Assembly: GCA_944386995.1 (NCBI GenBank) | Contig: CALXDF010000035.1 | Coordinates: forward strand, 6,168 to 70,167 | Length of the DNA: 64,000 nt | From: an uncultured Oscillospiraceae bacterium | GTDB taxonomy: Bacteria; Bacillota; Clostridia; Oscillospirales; Oscillospiraceae | Direction: 5' to 3' | Shown: in pieces, positions 10,007 through 19,585 of the stretch | Layout of the letters: each line of letters opens with the position of its first letter | How positions within the stretch are numbered: the first letter of the stretch is position 1 | Position numbers and translations under genes: made by a program | The notes under the pieces: generated by a model | Seen by the model: the letters and a program-made list of their open reading frames with translations, nothing else | Database searches by the model: none | Told to the model about the DNA's origin: nothing

Positions 10007-10026
10007 GAGTCATCGGCGTCTCTTTT
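9997..10026 (+). terminator. Weak terminator-like hairpin after the PPTase gene
   Basis: 7-bp stem gagacgc / gcgtctc with a 12-nt loop, then TTTT. It overlaps the stop codon. Confidence 0.35.
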
Positions 10027-10154
10027 CCTGTCCGCCTCCGGCAACTTACCACGCATCGGAAAAAATTTTTTAAAAAAAGAGGGATTTTCAATCCGGCGGC
10101 GTATATAAAAAATAGTCACTTTTGGAACCCGGATCGGCGGAAGGAGGCTGGCCC

Positions 10155-11939
10155 GTGGCATTTCCCCAGAGCTTTCTGGACGAGGTCATTGCGCGAAACG
10201 ACATTCTGGATGTGGTCTCTTCCTATGTTCACCTGACCAAAAAGGGTGGCAACTATTTTGGCCTGTGCCCCTTTCACAATGAAAAAACCGGCTCTTTCTC
10301 CGTCTCTCCGGACAAACAGATTTTCTACTGCTTTGGTTGTAAAAAGGGCGGCGGCGTTATCAACTTTATCATGGAAGAGGAGAATCTCTCCTTTCCCGAT
10401 GCAGTGCGCTTTCTGGCAAAGCGGGCGGGGCTGGAGGTGCCGGAGGAGAACGGGGACCGGGAGAGCAGCCGCCTGCGCCAGCGGGTACTCTCTCTGAACC
10501 GAGATGCGGCCCGCTTTTATTATGAAATGCTCCACAGACCGGAGGGGGCGGCTGTTGGCGAATACCTGGAGCGGCGGAAGATCAGCCGCAAGGTGGCCAT
10601 GGACTTCGGGCTGGGCGCATCCTTGGATGCGTGGGACGCTCTAATCACCGCGATGACGGAAAAGGGATATACCAAAGCGGAGTTGTTGGCCGCCGGCCTT
10701 GCCGTGCAAAACAGCCGCGGACGTCTCTACGACAAGTTCCGGAACCGCCTGATGTTCCCGGTGATTGACGTCCGCGGTGACATTGTTGGATTTGGCGGTC
10801 GGGTATTGGACAAGTCCGAACCCAAATATATGAACACCCCAGAGACCATCACCTACAGCAAGCGGCGGATTCTCTATGGAATCCATCTGGCCAAGAAAAC
10901 CAAGCGGCCTAATTTCATTCTCTGCGAGGGGAACATTGATGTGATCACCCTCCATCAGGCAGGATTTGACAATGCTGTGGCCTCTATGGGAACCGCACTC
11001 ACCACGGAACAAACCCGCCTCCTCAGCCGCTACACCAAGGAACTTGTCCTCTGCTACGACAACGACAACGCCGGCCGAACTGCCACAGAAAAGGCCATTG
11101 ATCTGCTGAATAACTCCGAATTCACCGTGAAGGTATTAAACATCCCCAACCGGATGGAGAACGGCAAGCCTGTGAAGCAGGATGTGGACGACTTCATTAA
11201 GAACCGTGGTGCGGCCGCGTTTGAGCGGCTGTTAAGCGGGAGCGAAAACCACATAGAGTACCAGATGGAGGCTGTGGCTGCTAAGTATGATCTGGGAGAC
11301 GACGAGCAGCGGGTGGCTTATGCCGAGGAGATCAGTGCCCTGATTGCGGGGCTGGACAATGCGGTAGAGCGAGAGATCTATACCGGTCGTGCCGCGGAGA
11401 AGGCTGGGATCTCCCGGGAGGCGTTGCAGCTGGAGGTTCAGCGGGCAGCCAAGCGCCGCCTGGGGCGGGAGCGCCGGGAGCGGCAGCGGAAAGAGATGAA
11501 TCCAGCAGCCGCTCTGCAGCCGCAGGATCGAACCAAGCGGTACACCGACATCCATTCTGCCATGGCAGAGGAGGGGGTGATCCGGCTGCTTCTTCTGGAC
11601 AGCGGTCTGGCTGCATCCTGTCTCCAACTGATGCCGGAGGAATTCTCATCGCCGTTATTGGGTAAAATCTATGGTGCTCTTCTGACCTGCTACCAGGAAA
11701 ACCGCCCATTGCAGGTCAGTTCCCTGGCCGGATTGCTGGAAAGCGGCGAGATGAATCACCTCACCACCATTCTTCAGCGTCCGGAGTCTATTGCCAACGG
11801 GCCGCAAGCCATGGCCGACTACATAGCGGTGATTCAGACAGCCTTCCGAAAGCGGCAGGGATTGGATCAGGATCCGCTCCTGGCGGCTAGAGATAAATTC
11901 AAGAACAAAAAGGGTTACGGAGGAAAGCAAAATGCCTAA
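10155..11939 (+). CDS. dnaG: DNA primase
   Basis: Zn-ribbon [29 protein letters not shown] plus the TOPRIM block [17 protein letters not shown] prefer GTG 10155, 7 nt after GGAAGGAGG. The ORF-track start at 10122 is also possible. Confidence 0.9.
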   Translation: MAFPQSFLDEVIARNDILDVVSSYVHLTKKGGNYFGLCPFHNEKTGSFSVSPDKQIFYCFGCKKGGGVINFIMEEENLSFPDAVRFLAKRAGLEVPEENGDRESSRLRQRVLSLNRDAARFYYEMLHRPEGAAVGEYLERRKISRKVAMDFGLGASLDAWDALITAMTEKGYTKAELLAAGLAVQNSRGRLYDKFRNRLMFPVIDVRGDIVGFGGRVLDKSEPKYMNTPETITYSKRRILYGIHLAKKTKRPNFILCEGNIDVITLHQAGFDNAVASMGTALTTEQTRLLSRYTKELVLCYDNDNAGRTATEKAIDLLNNSEFTVKVLNIPNRMENGKPVKQDVDDFIKNRGAAAFERLLSGSENHIEYQMEAVAAKYDLGDDEQRVAYAEEISALIAGLDNAVEREIYTGRAAEKAGISREALQLEVQRAAKRRLGRERRERQRKEMNPAAALQPQDRTKRYTDIHSAMAEEGVIRLLLLDSGLAASCLQLMPEEFSSPLLGKIYGALLTCYQENRPLQVSSLAGLLESGEMNHLTTILQRPESIANGPQAMADYIAVIQTAFRKRQGLDQDPLLAARDKFKNKKGYGGKQNA

Positions 11940-13311
11940 GGATTTAGAACATATTGACGTTAACGACCTGGTTCCCGATACGCCGCCTGAAGAGCTGCCG
12001 GAGCTGGATATCCGTCCGACCAAGCGCTTGGGAAAGCGGGAGAAATCCGATGGAGAGCGGAAACTGCAAAAATTGGATGAAAAGGTCGTTGCCACCTTGC
12101 CGGCCGCCGCAATTTTGAATACCAATGAAAAGCTGATGGATCTCTTTGCCCGCGGGAAAAAGCGGGGTAAGCTGGACTCCAGTGAGATGATGGAGGTCCT
12201 GGATGATATGGATCTGGATTCCGACCAGATGGAACAGATTTATGATTCCTTGGATGCACTCTCCATCGACATCGGCACAGAAGAGGATATCCTGCCGGAA
12301 CTGCCGGATGACATCGAACCGCCTATTGAAGAAATTACCGACATCGAGGAGGAGGAGTTGGTCGATCCCAACACTCTGGTGGATAGTTTCTCCATTGACG
12401 ATCCGGTGCGCATGTACCTTAAGGAGATCGGCAAAGTTCCCCTTCTCTCTCCTGATGAAGAGATTGAACTTGCCCAGGCGATGAGTGCTGGAAATGCCGC
12501 CAGAGACCGTCTGGCCGCCCTGAAAGGGCAGGAGGACACCATTCCTCCAGAGGAACTGGCTGATCTGAAAGAGAAGCGGAAGGCCGGAGAGAAAGCAAAG
12601 CAGAAGCTGGCCGAGGCAAACCTCCGTCTGGTTGTCTCCATTGCCAAACGCTATGTCGGCCGCGGTATGCTGTTTCTGGATCTGATCCAGGAGGGCAACC
12701 TGGGTCTGATCAAGGCGGTAGAAAAATTTGACTATACGAAAGGGTATAAATTTTCAACCTATGCCACATGGTGGATACGTCAGGCCATCACCCGGGCTAT
12801 CGCTGACCAGGCGCGTACAATCCGTATTCCTGTCCATATGGTTGAGACCATCAACAAGGTGATCCGGGTCAGCCGTCAACTTCTCCAGGAGTTGGGCCAT
12901 GATCCTTCTCCCGAGGAAATTGCAGATGAGATGGGCATGCCTGTGGAGAAGGTTCGGGAGATCTTAAAGATTGCGCAAGAGCCGGTCTCACTGGAAACTC
13001 CCATTGGCGAGGAAGAGGACAGCCATTTGGGCGACTTTATCCCCGACGAAGGGGCCAGTGAGCCCAGCGAGGCCGCCTCCTTTACCCTGCTCAAAGAACA
13101 GCTGGTAGATGTACTCAGCACGCTGACCCCTCGGGAGGAAAAAGTCCTCAAACTGCGTTTTGGCATTGAGGATGGCCGCAGCCGTACTTTGGAGGAAGTG
13201 GGTAAAGAGTTCAACGTTACCCGAGAGCGGATCCGTCAGATCGAAGCCAAGGCGCTGCGGAAGCTGCGCCATCCCAGCCGCAGCAAGAAGCTGAAGGACT
13301 TTTTGAACTGA
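11932..13311 (+). CDS. rpoD: Primary RNA polymerase sigma factor (SigA/RpoD)
   Basis: 459 aa with an acidic region 1. [37 protein letters not shown] marks region 2 and [30 protein letters not shown] marks region 4.2. Overlaps the dnaG stop by 8 nt. Confidence 0.93.
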   Translation: MPKDLEHIDVNDLVPDTPPEELPELDIRPTKRLGKREKSDGERKLQKLDEKVVATLPAAAILNTNEKLMDLFARGKKRGKLDSSEMMEVLDDMDLDSDQMEQIYDSLDALSIDIGTEEDILPELPDDIEPPIEEITDIEEEELVDPNTLVDSFSIDDPVRMYLKEIGKVPLLSPDEEIELAQAMSAGNAARDRLAALKGQEDTIPPEELADLKEKRKAGEKAKQKLAEANLRLVVSIAKRYVGRGMLFLDLIQEGNLGLIKAVEKFDYTKGYKFSTYATWWIRQAITRAIADQARTIRIPVHMVETINKVIRVSRQLLQELGHDPSPEEIADEMGMPVEKVREILKIAQEPVSLETPIGEEEDSHLGDFIPDEGASEPSEAASFTLLKEQLVDVLSTLTPREEKVLKLRFGIEDGRSRTLEEVGKEFNVTRERIRQIEAKALRKLRHPSRSKKLKDFLN

Positions 13312-13321
13312 GGCGGCCCCT

Positions 13322-13588
13322 ATGCAGGAATTTTTTCAGCAGCTTACACCCCGTTGGTTTCAACGTGCCCATGTCTATGTGGGCAGTATCGGTCCCTGCT
13401 TTCATGATTTCCGATTCCGCTTTGCGAATGATGAAAAAGAGCACCGCATTACCGCCTCCGTCTATAGCGACAAGTGCTTCGAACGGGCAGAGAATGTAAA
13501 GACCCGGGAGTTCCCCTGGGACGAGGAGGGTGTGGAAGCACTTAAGCTGTGGCTGGAGGAAAATTATCAGCAGTGGCTCCAGGGGTAA
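13322..13588 (+). CDS. Hypothetical 88-aa protein co-transcribed with dnaG-rpoD
   Basis: ATG lies 10 nt after the rpoD stop and upstream of the operon terminator. No family recognised. Confidence 0.45.
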   Translation: MQEFFQQLTPRWFQRAHVYVGSIGPCFHDFRFRFANDEKEHRITASVYSDKCFERAENVKTREFPWDEEGVEALKLWLEENYQQWLQG

Positions 13589-13658
13589 AGCGAGCAGCCG
13601 TGCGAATTCCGGGGCTGAACATGTAAAAGATCTGATTTTCTGCACAACACATAATAAG

Positions 13659-13691
13659 GCGGGGTGCCCGGGAAATTCCCGGGCATCCCGC
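13659..13691 (+). terminator. Rho-independent terminator of the dnaG-rpoD operon
   Basis: About 14-16-bp GC-rich stem gcggggtgcccggg...cccgggcatcccgc with one G-U pair, followed by TTCTTTG. Confidence 0.75.
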
Positions 13692-13888
13692 TTCTTTGAA
13701 ATACCAATCTGCTCCAGCGCATCGTTATCAGCACAGCAATTTAATGGAAGCCGGCATGTAGTCCGCCCCCAAAGCTCTGGCTCTGACAACCTAGCCGCCC
13801 AGGCACGGATCCAAGGTCATGAATGGTATGATGCCGCGATCTTCTTCCCTTCCGTCTGTCACAGTTCTGGCAGCATATAGGACTCACC

Positions 13889-14995
13889 TCACAGGTAGGG
13901 GTGCTGGTAGGGCGCAGGCTCCGGCCCACAGTAGAGGCCATAGGCGTCGCAAATCCAATAGGTTCCGTCATCCATTGGGACCCGGCACCACTGATGGCTC
14001 CACTGATTCTCGTTGACATGCTCATAAGGGATACCCAGCATGTTCAGGCACAACCCCGTAGCTCTGGTGCAGCCTGCACAAGAGGAAACACCCAGCACAA
14101 AGTAGCCGTAAGGGTCATTATAATGATCTGCAGAAGTGGAATAGGAGACTTGACCGCTGTCCGCCATATACCGCAGCGCCACCGCAATCCCGTACAGCTG
14201 CTCCTCGCGGCTCAGATCCGCCAGGGGCTCCACCACTGCAAGGGCCGCGTCATAGGCCGCCTGGAACTGGGCGTCGGTGCACTTGCGCCTCAGGCTGGAG
14301 AGGTTTTGCAGTTGCTCAACGGGAACCGGCTGGAAGGGTGCCTCCTCCAGAGTGAAGGATTTCCGCAGGGACGGGTCCGCCATCCGGCTCACCAGGGCTG
14401 CCGCCGCCCCCCGGGTGATGGCGCTGTTGGGCGTAAATGTGCCGTAGGCATCGTTGCCGGTGAGGATGCCGGCCCTATAGAGCCGGTAGACCGCTTCGGC
14501 GCCGTACAGATCCTCCGGTACATCAGGGATGGCCCCGTCCGCAATGTCGTTGATGGCCGGAAGGGCCTCCTCCGGTAGAGAACCGCTGAGGATCACAGCG
14601 AAATCTGCCCGGGTGACCGGCGCGTTGTAATCGTAAAATTCCCAGAGGATGCCGGCTTCCGCGGCGTAGTCCAGATAGGGCTGATACCAGGGCGTCGCCT
14701 GGGAAAATTCCGCATGGTCTTCAGTGTAGATGCTGTGGAGGCGGCAGGCCATGACGATGGTCTGGGCCACGGTAAGGCTGCTGTCCACATCAAAATAGGT
14801 GTCGCTGACACCGCCCATCAGCCCGAATTCATACGCGGTGCGGATATTGTCTGCACACCAAAGATCCTCCGAGACATCGGCGAATTGTCCGGCGGTATAA
14901 TCGTTGATCTTTTCCAACGAGTCTGCCGCCAGTGCGGGGACACACAGGGAAAACGCCATCATGAGCGCAAAAAAACTGGAAACAATCCGTTTCAT
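13889..14995 (-). CDS. Secreted SLH-repeat protein with C-terminal Cys/His/Asp (transglutaminase-like?) domain
   Basis: Start ATG 14995 sits behind AAGGAGGGAG. Signal peptide MKRIVSSFFALMMAFSLCVPALA. Three SLH-like segments: FADVSEDLWCADNIRTAYEFGLMGG, VTRADFAVIL and AEAVYRLYRAGILTGN..FTPNSAITRGAAAALVSRM. The C-terminal 130 aa carry SSCAGC...SHQWCRV...WICDAYG. Confidence 0.7.
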   Translation of the reverse strand: MKRIVSSFFALMMAFSLCVPALAADSLEKINDYTAGQFADVSEDLWCADNIRTAYEFGLMGGVSDTYFDVDSSLTVAQTIVMACRLHSIYTEDHAEFSQATPWYQPYLDYAAEAGILWEFYDYNAPVTRADFAVILSGSLPEEALPAINDIADGAIPDVPEDLYGAEAVYRLYRAGILTGNDAYGTFTPNSAITRGAAAALVSRMADPSLRKSFTLEEAPFQPVPVEQLQNLSSLRRKCTDAQFQAAYDAALAVVEPLADLSREEQLYGIAVALRYMADSGQVSYSTSADHYNDPYGYFVLGVSSCAGCTRATGLCLNMLGIPYEHVNENQWSHQWCRVPMDDGTYWICDAYGLYCGPEPAPYQHPYL

Positions 14996-15095
14996 CGAAA
15001 CTCCCTCCTTTGATTGGGAAAACATTTCCCTCTTTTTCTATTTTAGCGCAATTTGATCCAAAGTCAATTTTATTTCAGGCAAAATCGCGCAAATC

Positions 15096-15130
15096 AAAAA
15101 CGGGCCCGAGGAAGTAAATTCCTCGGGCCC
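15096..15130 (-). terminator. Rho-independent terminator of rpsB-tsf
   Basis: 12-bp stem gggcccgaggaa / ttcctcgggccc, followed on the minus strand by TTTTTG. Confidence 0.8.
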
Positions 15131-15184
15131 ATTCCAGTCACACATTATACGGGATAATACACCGTTTTCCGTGGGATGGCTTTA

Positions 15185-16105
15185 TCAGCCGTTCCCGTTC
15201 ACCATAGAGGCAATCTCGGCAGCAAAATTCTCCTGCTTCTTTTCGATGCCCTCGCCCTTCTCAAAGCGGACCGCATCCTTGAAGGTAACTGTGCCGCCCA
15301 GAGCCTTGGCAGAAGTTTCAATATACTTCTCAACGCTCATGGAATTGTCCTTTACAAACTCCTGCTGCAGCAGGCAGTTCTCAGCATAGAACTTGTTGAG
15401 CTTGCCGACAACAATGTTCTCCTTGACCTTGTCGGGCTTGTTGGCCATCTTGGGATCATTGGCCATCTGTGCCAGCATGATCTTCTTCTCCTCGTCCAGC
15501 ACATCCTGGGTCACCTGGCTCTTATCCCAGAAACGGGGATTGAGCGCTGCGATCTGCATGGCCACATCCTTGCCGATAGCAGTGGCATCAATGCCGCCGG
15601 AAACCTCCAGATTCACCAACACCCCGATCTTGCCGCCGGCATGAACATAGGGAACGCTGACGCCCTCGGTATAGAAGGCAAAGCGGCGGACTTTGATATT
15701 CTCACCGATGACCAGAACCATCTCCTGCTGCTGCTGCAGAACGGTCAACTCAGTGCCGTTATACTTGCAGTTCATCAGCGCATCCAGATCAGCGGGCTTG
15801 TTGGCGGCCACAGTAGCAGCCACGCCCTTAACGAAATCAACAAATTTCTCATTCTTGCCAACGAAATCGGTCTCAGCATTGACCTCGACCACCACGCCGA
15901 CGCCGTCGATCACGGCGGCATATGCCATACCCTCGGCGGCAATACGGCCAGCCTTCTTGGCGGAAGCGGCCAGCCCCTTCTCCCGCAGGTACTCGACGGC
16001 CTTGTCCATATCGCCGTCAGAGGCCACCAGGGCCTTCTTGCAGTCCATCATGCCCACGCCAGTCATCTCGCGCAGGTTCTTTACATCAGCAGCGGTAAAA
16101 GCCAT
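15185..16105 (-). CDS. tsf: Translation elongation factor Ts
   Basis: MAFTAADVKNLREMTGVGMMDCKKALV is the canonical EF-Ts UBA N-terminus. Start ATG 16105 follows GGAGG. The ORF-track start at 16261 is an upstream extension into rpsB. Confidence 0.93.
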   Translation of the reverse strand: MAFTAADVKNLREMTGVGMMDCKKALVASDGDMDKAVEYLREKGLAASAKKAGRIAAEGMAYAAVIDGVGVVVEVNAETDFVGKNEKFVDFVKGVAATVAANKPADLDALMNCKYNGTELTVLQQQQEMVLVIGENIKVRRFAFYTEGVSVPYVHAGGKIGVLVNLEVSGGIDATAIGKDVAMQIAALNPRFWDKSQVTQDVLDEEKKIMLAQMANDPKMANKPDKVKENIVVGKLNKFYAENCLLQQEFVKDNSMSVEKYIETSAKALGGTVTFKDAVRFEKGEGIEKKQENFAAEIASMVNGNG

Positions 16106-16202
16106 AGGGAATAACCTCCAGTAATTGATAGTATTCGAACTCTCAGTAGAAAGGATGGGGCGGGACCTGCCCGCCCCATAGGGTTTACCGATTGGTTTCG
16201 AT

Positions 16203-16943
16203 TTACTCCGCAGCGCCCTCTTCGGCGGCCTCAGCCTCGGCGGCCTCGGCGATCTGCTCACCCTGCTTGCCCTCCAGCATGGCGTTGGCCATAATGGAAG
16301 CGATCAGACGGATCGCGCGGATCGCGTCGTCATTGCCGGGGATGGGGTAGTCGATCTCATCGGGATCGCAGTTGGTGTCGGCGATTGCCACCACGGGAAT
16401 GCCCAGCTTATGGGCTTCGGCGATGGCGTTGCGCTCCTTGCGGGTGTCCACAATGAACAGGGCGCCGGGCAGCTTCTTCATTTCCTTCACGCCGCCCAGA
16501 TACTTCTCAAGCTTCTCGATCTCGCCCATGTGCTTGATGACTTCCTTCTTGGGCAGCATGTCGAAGGTGCCGTCTTCCTGCATGCGCTTGAGCTGGTTCA
16601 AACGGTCGATCCGGGTGCGCATGGTCTTGAAGTTGGTCATCATGCCGCCCAGCCAGCGGGCGTTGACATAGAACATGTTGCAGCGAAGAGCCTCTTCCTT
16701 GATGGCCTCCTGTGCCTGCTTCTTGGTACCAACGAACAGCAGGGACTGACCGCTCTCCGCCAGCTCACGGACGAAGGAGTAGGCCTCCTCCAGTTTCTTC
16801 ACGGTCTTCTGCAGGTCGATGATATAGATGCCGTTGCGCTCGGTATAGATATAGGGCGCCATCTTGGGGTTCCAGCGGCGGGTCTGATGTCCGAAGTGGA
16901 CACCGGCTTCCAGCAGCTGCTTCATGGATACAACATTTGCCAT
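16203..16943 (-). CDS. rpsB: 30S ribosomal protein S2
   Basis: [28 protein letters not shown] is the canonical S2 N-terminus. Start ATG 16943 follows GGAGGAA. The C-terminal tail is acidic and Ala-rich. Confidence 0.93.
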   Translation of the reverse strand: MANVVSMKQLLEAGVHFGHQTRRWNPKMAPYIYTERNGIYIIDLQKTVKKLEEAYSFVRELAESGQSLLFVGTKKQAQEAIKEEALRCNMFYVNARWLGGMMTNFKTMRTRIDRLNQLKRMQEDGTFDMLPKKEVIKHMGEIEKLEKYLGGVKEMKKLPGALFIVDTRKERNAIAEAHKLGIPVVAIADTNCDPDEIDYPIPGNDDAIRAIRLIASIMANAMLEGKQGEQIAEAAEAEAAEEGAAE

Positions 16944-17056
16944 AGTGGTGAATTCCTCCAAAATTTTAGTTTTACCCTCCGGGACCTTCCCTGTTCCGGC
17001 CAACTCTCGCAGGAGAGCACCGACCGGGTATCCAGCCCCGTGCGGAATGCTGAAAT

Positions 17057-17085
17057 ATAATACCACACTGAGTTTGAAATTGCAA
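17057..17085 (-). promoter_or_regulatory. SigmaA-type promoter for rpsB-tsf
   Basis: On the minus strand: TTGCAA (17080-17085), a 17-nt spacer, then TATTAT (17057-17062). Confidence 0.5.
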
Positions 17086-17170
17086 GACGAAATTGTGTAA
17101 TTATTTTACATTTTTCAGAGATTTAACAAGTTCCCGTCAGGAAATCTCGGCCTCTGCCCGAGGGCAGCGC

Positions 17171-17200
17171 AAAAGCCGGGCAGTTTTGAAACTGCCCGGC
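17171..17200 (-). terminator. Rho-independent terminator of the ligase-racemase operon
   Basis: 11-bp stem gccgggcagtt / aactgcccggc, followed on the minus strand by TTTTGCG. Confidence 0.75.
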
Positions 17201-17226
17201 CCATACAAGGACTTCCCCGCCTGCTC

Positions 17227-18345
17227 TTAATCCACCCAGAGCCGCTGGAAACGGTCTCCCATGTGGGAGAGAACCTCGTTGGCAATGGTACCGCTCTGAG
17301 CGGCTACCTCACAGGCTGTGATGGTCTTACTGCCATCTCTTCCGATAAACGTAGCCGTGTCTCCCTGCCGGACCTGGGGGATGTCCGTCACATCCAAAAG
17401 CAGCTGGTCCATACAGACCATTCCCGCAATGGGACAGCGCACACCGTGGAGGAGCATGTTTCCCCTTCCCTTGGACAGGGCGCGGGGCACGCCGTCGGCG
17501 TACCCCATGGTCACCACCGCCAGACGGGTGGGCCGCCGGGCAGTAAATCCCAGACCGTATCCGGCGTGTTCCCCTGCGGCCAGGGTATGGACCGCTCCTA
17601 CCCGCCCCCGGGCCGACAATACCGGCTGAAGCCCAGGCGCATAGGATTCGGTATCCTCTGTGGTGCTGAGCATCCCATAGAGGGCGATCCCCGCCCGGAC
17701 ATAGCGGCACCGGAGGTCCCGGTGGCGAAATACGCCGTAGCTGCTCTGGATATGAAGATTCGGAACCGCGAGTCCCCTGGCCTGCAGTCCTCCGGCTGCC
17801 TGGTAAAACCGCCGGATCTGTTCCCGGCTGAATGCTACTGCCTCTTCGTCCTGCGTGTCATCGGCGCACAGATGGGTAAAGAGCCCCTCCACCTTCAGAT
17901 TGGGATAGCGGAAGATCCGCTCCAGCATCTCCCCTTCCTGCCAGGGGACCCCCAGGCGGTGCATGCCGGTGTCCAGTTTTATGTGAACGGCCAGCGGACG
18001 GCCATAGGCATTCAGCGCTGCGGCGTAGTCACCATCCACCACTGTCTGGGTGAGCTGGGCGGCCTCCAGCAGAAGAAACTGGGAGGGGTTGGTGTACCCC
18101 AGCACCAGGATGGTGCCCTGGGCTCCCTGGCGGCGCAGTTCCGCCCCCTCCTCCGCCGTGGCCACGCAGAAGTCGTGGACGCCGAGCTTGCATAATTCGA
18201 TCGCCGTCCCCGGCAATCCATGGCCGTAGGCGTTGCCTTTCACCACTGCCATCAATCCGCATCCCGGCGGCAGCTGGGCGCGGAGCAGCGCCACATTGTG
18301 GGCCAGAGCCGGACGGCTCAGTTCCAGCCATGCCCTGTCCTTCAT
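17227..18345 (-). CDS. alr: PLP-dependent alanine/serine racemase, soluble, VanT-catalytic-domain-like
   Basis: 372 aa from ATG 18345, with an ATGA overlap on the ligase stop. The PLP-lysine block is AVVKGNAYGHG. The LGYT, FTHLCADD and HIQSSYG blocks are ones I associate with VanT-type racemase domains rather than Bacillus-type Alr. No N-terminal membrane domain. Confidence 0.85.
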   Translation of the reverse strand: MKDRAWLELSRPALAHNVALLRAQLPPGCGLMAVVKGNAYGHGLPGTAIELCKLGVHDFCVATAEEGAELRRQGAQGTILVLGYTNPSQFLLLEAAQLTQTVVDGDYAAALNAYGRPLAVHIKLDTGMHRLGVPWQEGEMLERIFRYPNLKVEGLFTHLCADDTQDEEAVAFSREQIRRFYQAAGGLQARGLAVPNLHIQSSYGVFRHRDLRCRYVRAGIALYGMLSTTEDTESYAPGLQPVLSARGRVGAVHTLAAGEHAGYGLGFTARRPTRLAVVTMGYADGVPRALSKGRGNMLLHGVRCPIAGMVCMDQLLLDVTDIPQVRQGDTATFIGRDGSKTITACEVAAQSGTIANEVLSHMGDRFQRLWVD

Positions 18346-19388
18346 GCTTTCAGTCCCTCCGCAATGAGACGGTTCACAATCTCCGGGAAGGTCATCCCCA
18401 CCGCCATGAGCATGCCGGGAAAACGGCTGTGGGCGGTAAAGCCGGGGATGGTATTGATCTCGTTGAAAACGATCCGCCCCTCCGGCGTCAGGAACATGTC
18501 CACCCTGGCAAAGCCGCTGCACCCCAGCGTACGATAGAGCCGCAGAGCGGTATTCTGGACCTCCGCCGCCTTCACAGCTGGGATGCGGGCGGGCACATGG
18601 ATGGCAGAGGTGATGAGGTTGTACTTCTCCGTGTAATCAAAGAACCCCTGGCTCAGTTCGATCTCGTCCACCGCGCCAATGGTCAGATCGTTCCCCTCTC
18701 CCATAACGGCGCAGCCCACTTCAAAGCCGGGGATATTTTCCTCCAGGAGGACCCGGCTGTCGTGGCAAAAAGCCTCCTCCACTGCTCCGGGCAGCCGGGA
18801 AAACTCCGACACCTTGGACACGCCGAAGGAGGAACCGCCATTCACCGGCTTGACAAAGAGCGGGTAACCCAGCTCTTCTCCCAGCAGGCGCAGCGTGGTT
18901 TCTCCCACGCCCCGGGGCACTTCTGCCGAGCGGGGCACCCCGATCCCGGCCTGTGCCGCCAGCCTATGGGCCCGGTCCTTGTCCATGCACAGGGCGGAAC
19001 TCAGCGTCCCGCAGCCGATCACTGGGATGCCCGCCAGTTCCAGCAGCCCCTGGACGGTTCCGTCCTCCCCGTTTTTGCCGTGGAGGACCGGCATGGCGGC
19101 GTCAATATAGATCCGGGATACTTGTCCGCCCAGCACCACCACGCCGTGGGTCCCCCGATCCGGGGAGAGGACGGCCGGAATACAGCGCCCCTCTTCCCGC
19201 CAGCGGTCTGCACCGATGGCCTCCAGGGGGCCGCTGTAGTGGTACCAGCGCCCTTGTCGAGTGATCCCCAGCATACAGACATCATAGGTGTCCCGGTCGA
19301 TCGCCCCCAGAACAGCCTGGGCGGATTGGAGGGAAACTTCATATTCGTCGGAACAGCCTCCGAACAAAACAGCAATACATCTTTTCAT
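18342..19388 (-). CDS. ddl: D-alanine--D-alanine ligase family enzyme, VanG-like (possible D-Ala--D-Ser ligase)
   Basis: 348 aa. Long blocks match my recollection of VanG: FGGCS.EYEVSLQSA, IGITR.G.WYHY, PVLHGKNGEDGT.QG..ELAGIPV.GC.TLSSALCMDKDRAH, GFEVGCAV, VDEIELS.GFFDYTEKY, ALGCSGF.RVDMF and NTIPGFT.HSR. Confidence 0.85.
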   Translation of the reverse strand: MKRCIAVLFGGCSDEYEVSLQSAQAVLGAIDRDTYDVCMLGITRQGRWYHYSGPLEAIGADRWREEGRCIPAVLSPDRGTHGVVVLGGQVSRIYIDAAMPVLHGKNGEDGTVQGLLELAGIPVIGCGTLSSALCMDKDRAHRLAAQAGIGVPRSAEVPRGVGETTLRLLGEELGYPLFVKPVNGGSSFGVSKVSEFSRLPGAVEEAFCHDSRVLLEENIPGFEVGCAVMGEGNDLTIGAVDEIELSQGFFDYTEKYNLITSAIHVPARIPAVKAAEVQNTALRLYRTLGCSGFARVDMFLTPEGRIVFNEINTIPGFTAHSRFPGMLMAVGMTFPEIVNRLIAEGLKA

Positions 19389-19438
19389 GGAAAAGCCATC
19401 TCCTTTGTTTCAGGTGAGATGATTTTACCAGAAACAAA

Positions 19439-19478
19439 TTAAGATGGCCTTTGGATGCGATTAAGATTTGTTTAAGAT
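19439..19478. promoter_or_regulatory. Three phased direct repeats TTAAGAT upstream of the VanG-like ligase gene
   Basis: ATTAAGATGG at 19438, ATTAAGATTT at 19460 and TTTAAGATTT at 19471, spaced 22 and 11 nt. A minus-strand -10 TAAAAT (19422-19427) has no good -35, and repeat 1 overlaps the -35 position. Confidence 0.4.
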
Positions 19479-19585
19479 TTTCTTAGGCTTTCCTTACATT
19501 GGAACCGCGGACCATAGACAGCCGCCGCAGCCTGTGCTATCCTGTGGTCACAGACTGCGGCAGCACACGGAAGGAGGCGTCGTCC

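Noticed and set aside
16106-16261. N-terminal extensions of many ORF-track entries (for example tsf to 16261, rpsB to 17066, alr to 18522, hemL to 31013, cbiB to 42156, cobU to 44456, cbiD to 52599, lacI to 63738, sigG from 22042)
   Set aside because: The extensions overlap the upstream gene or a terminator or riboswitch. They lack an RBS and precede a canonical family N-terminus that has a good RBS. I used the internal starts instead.
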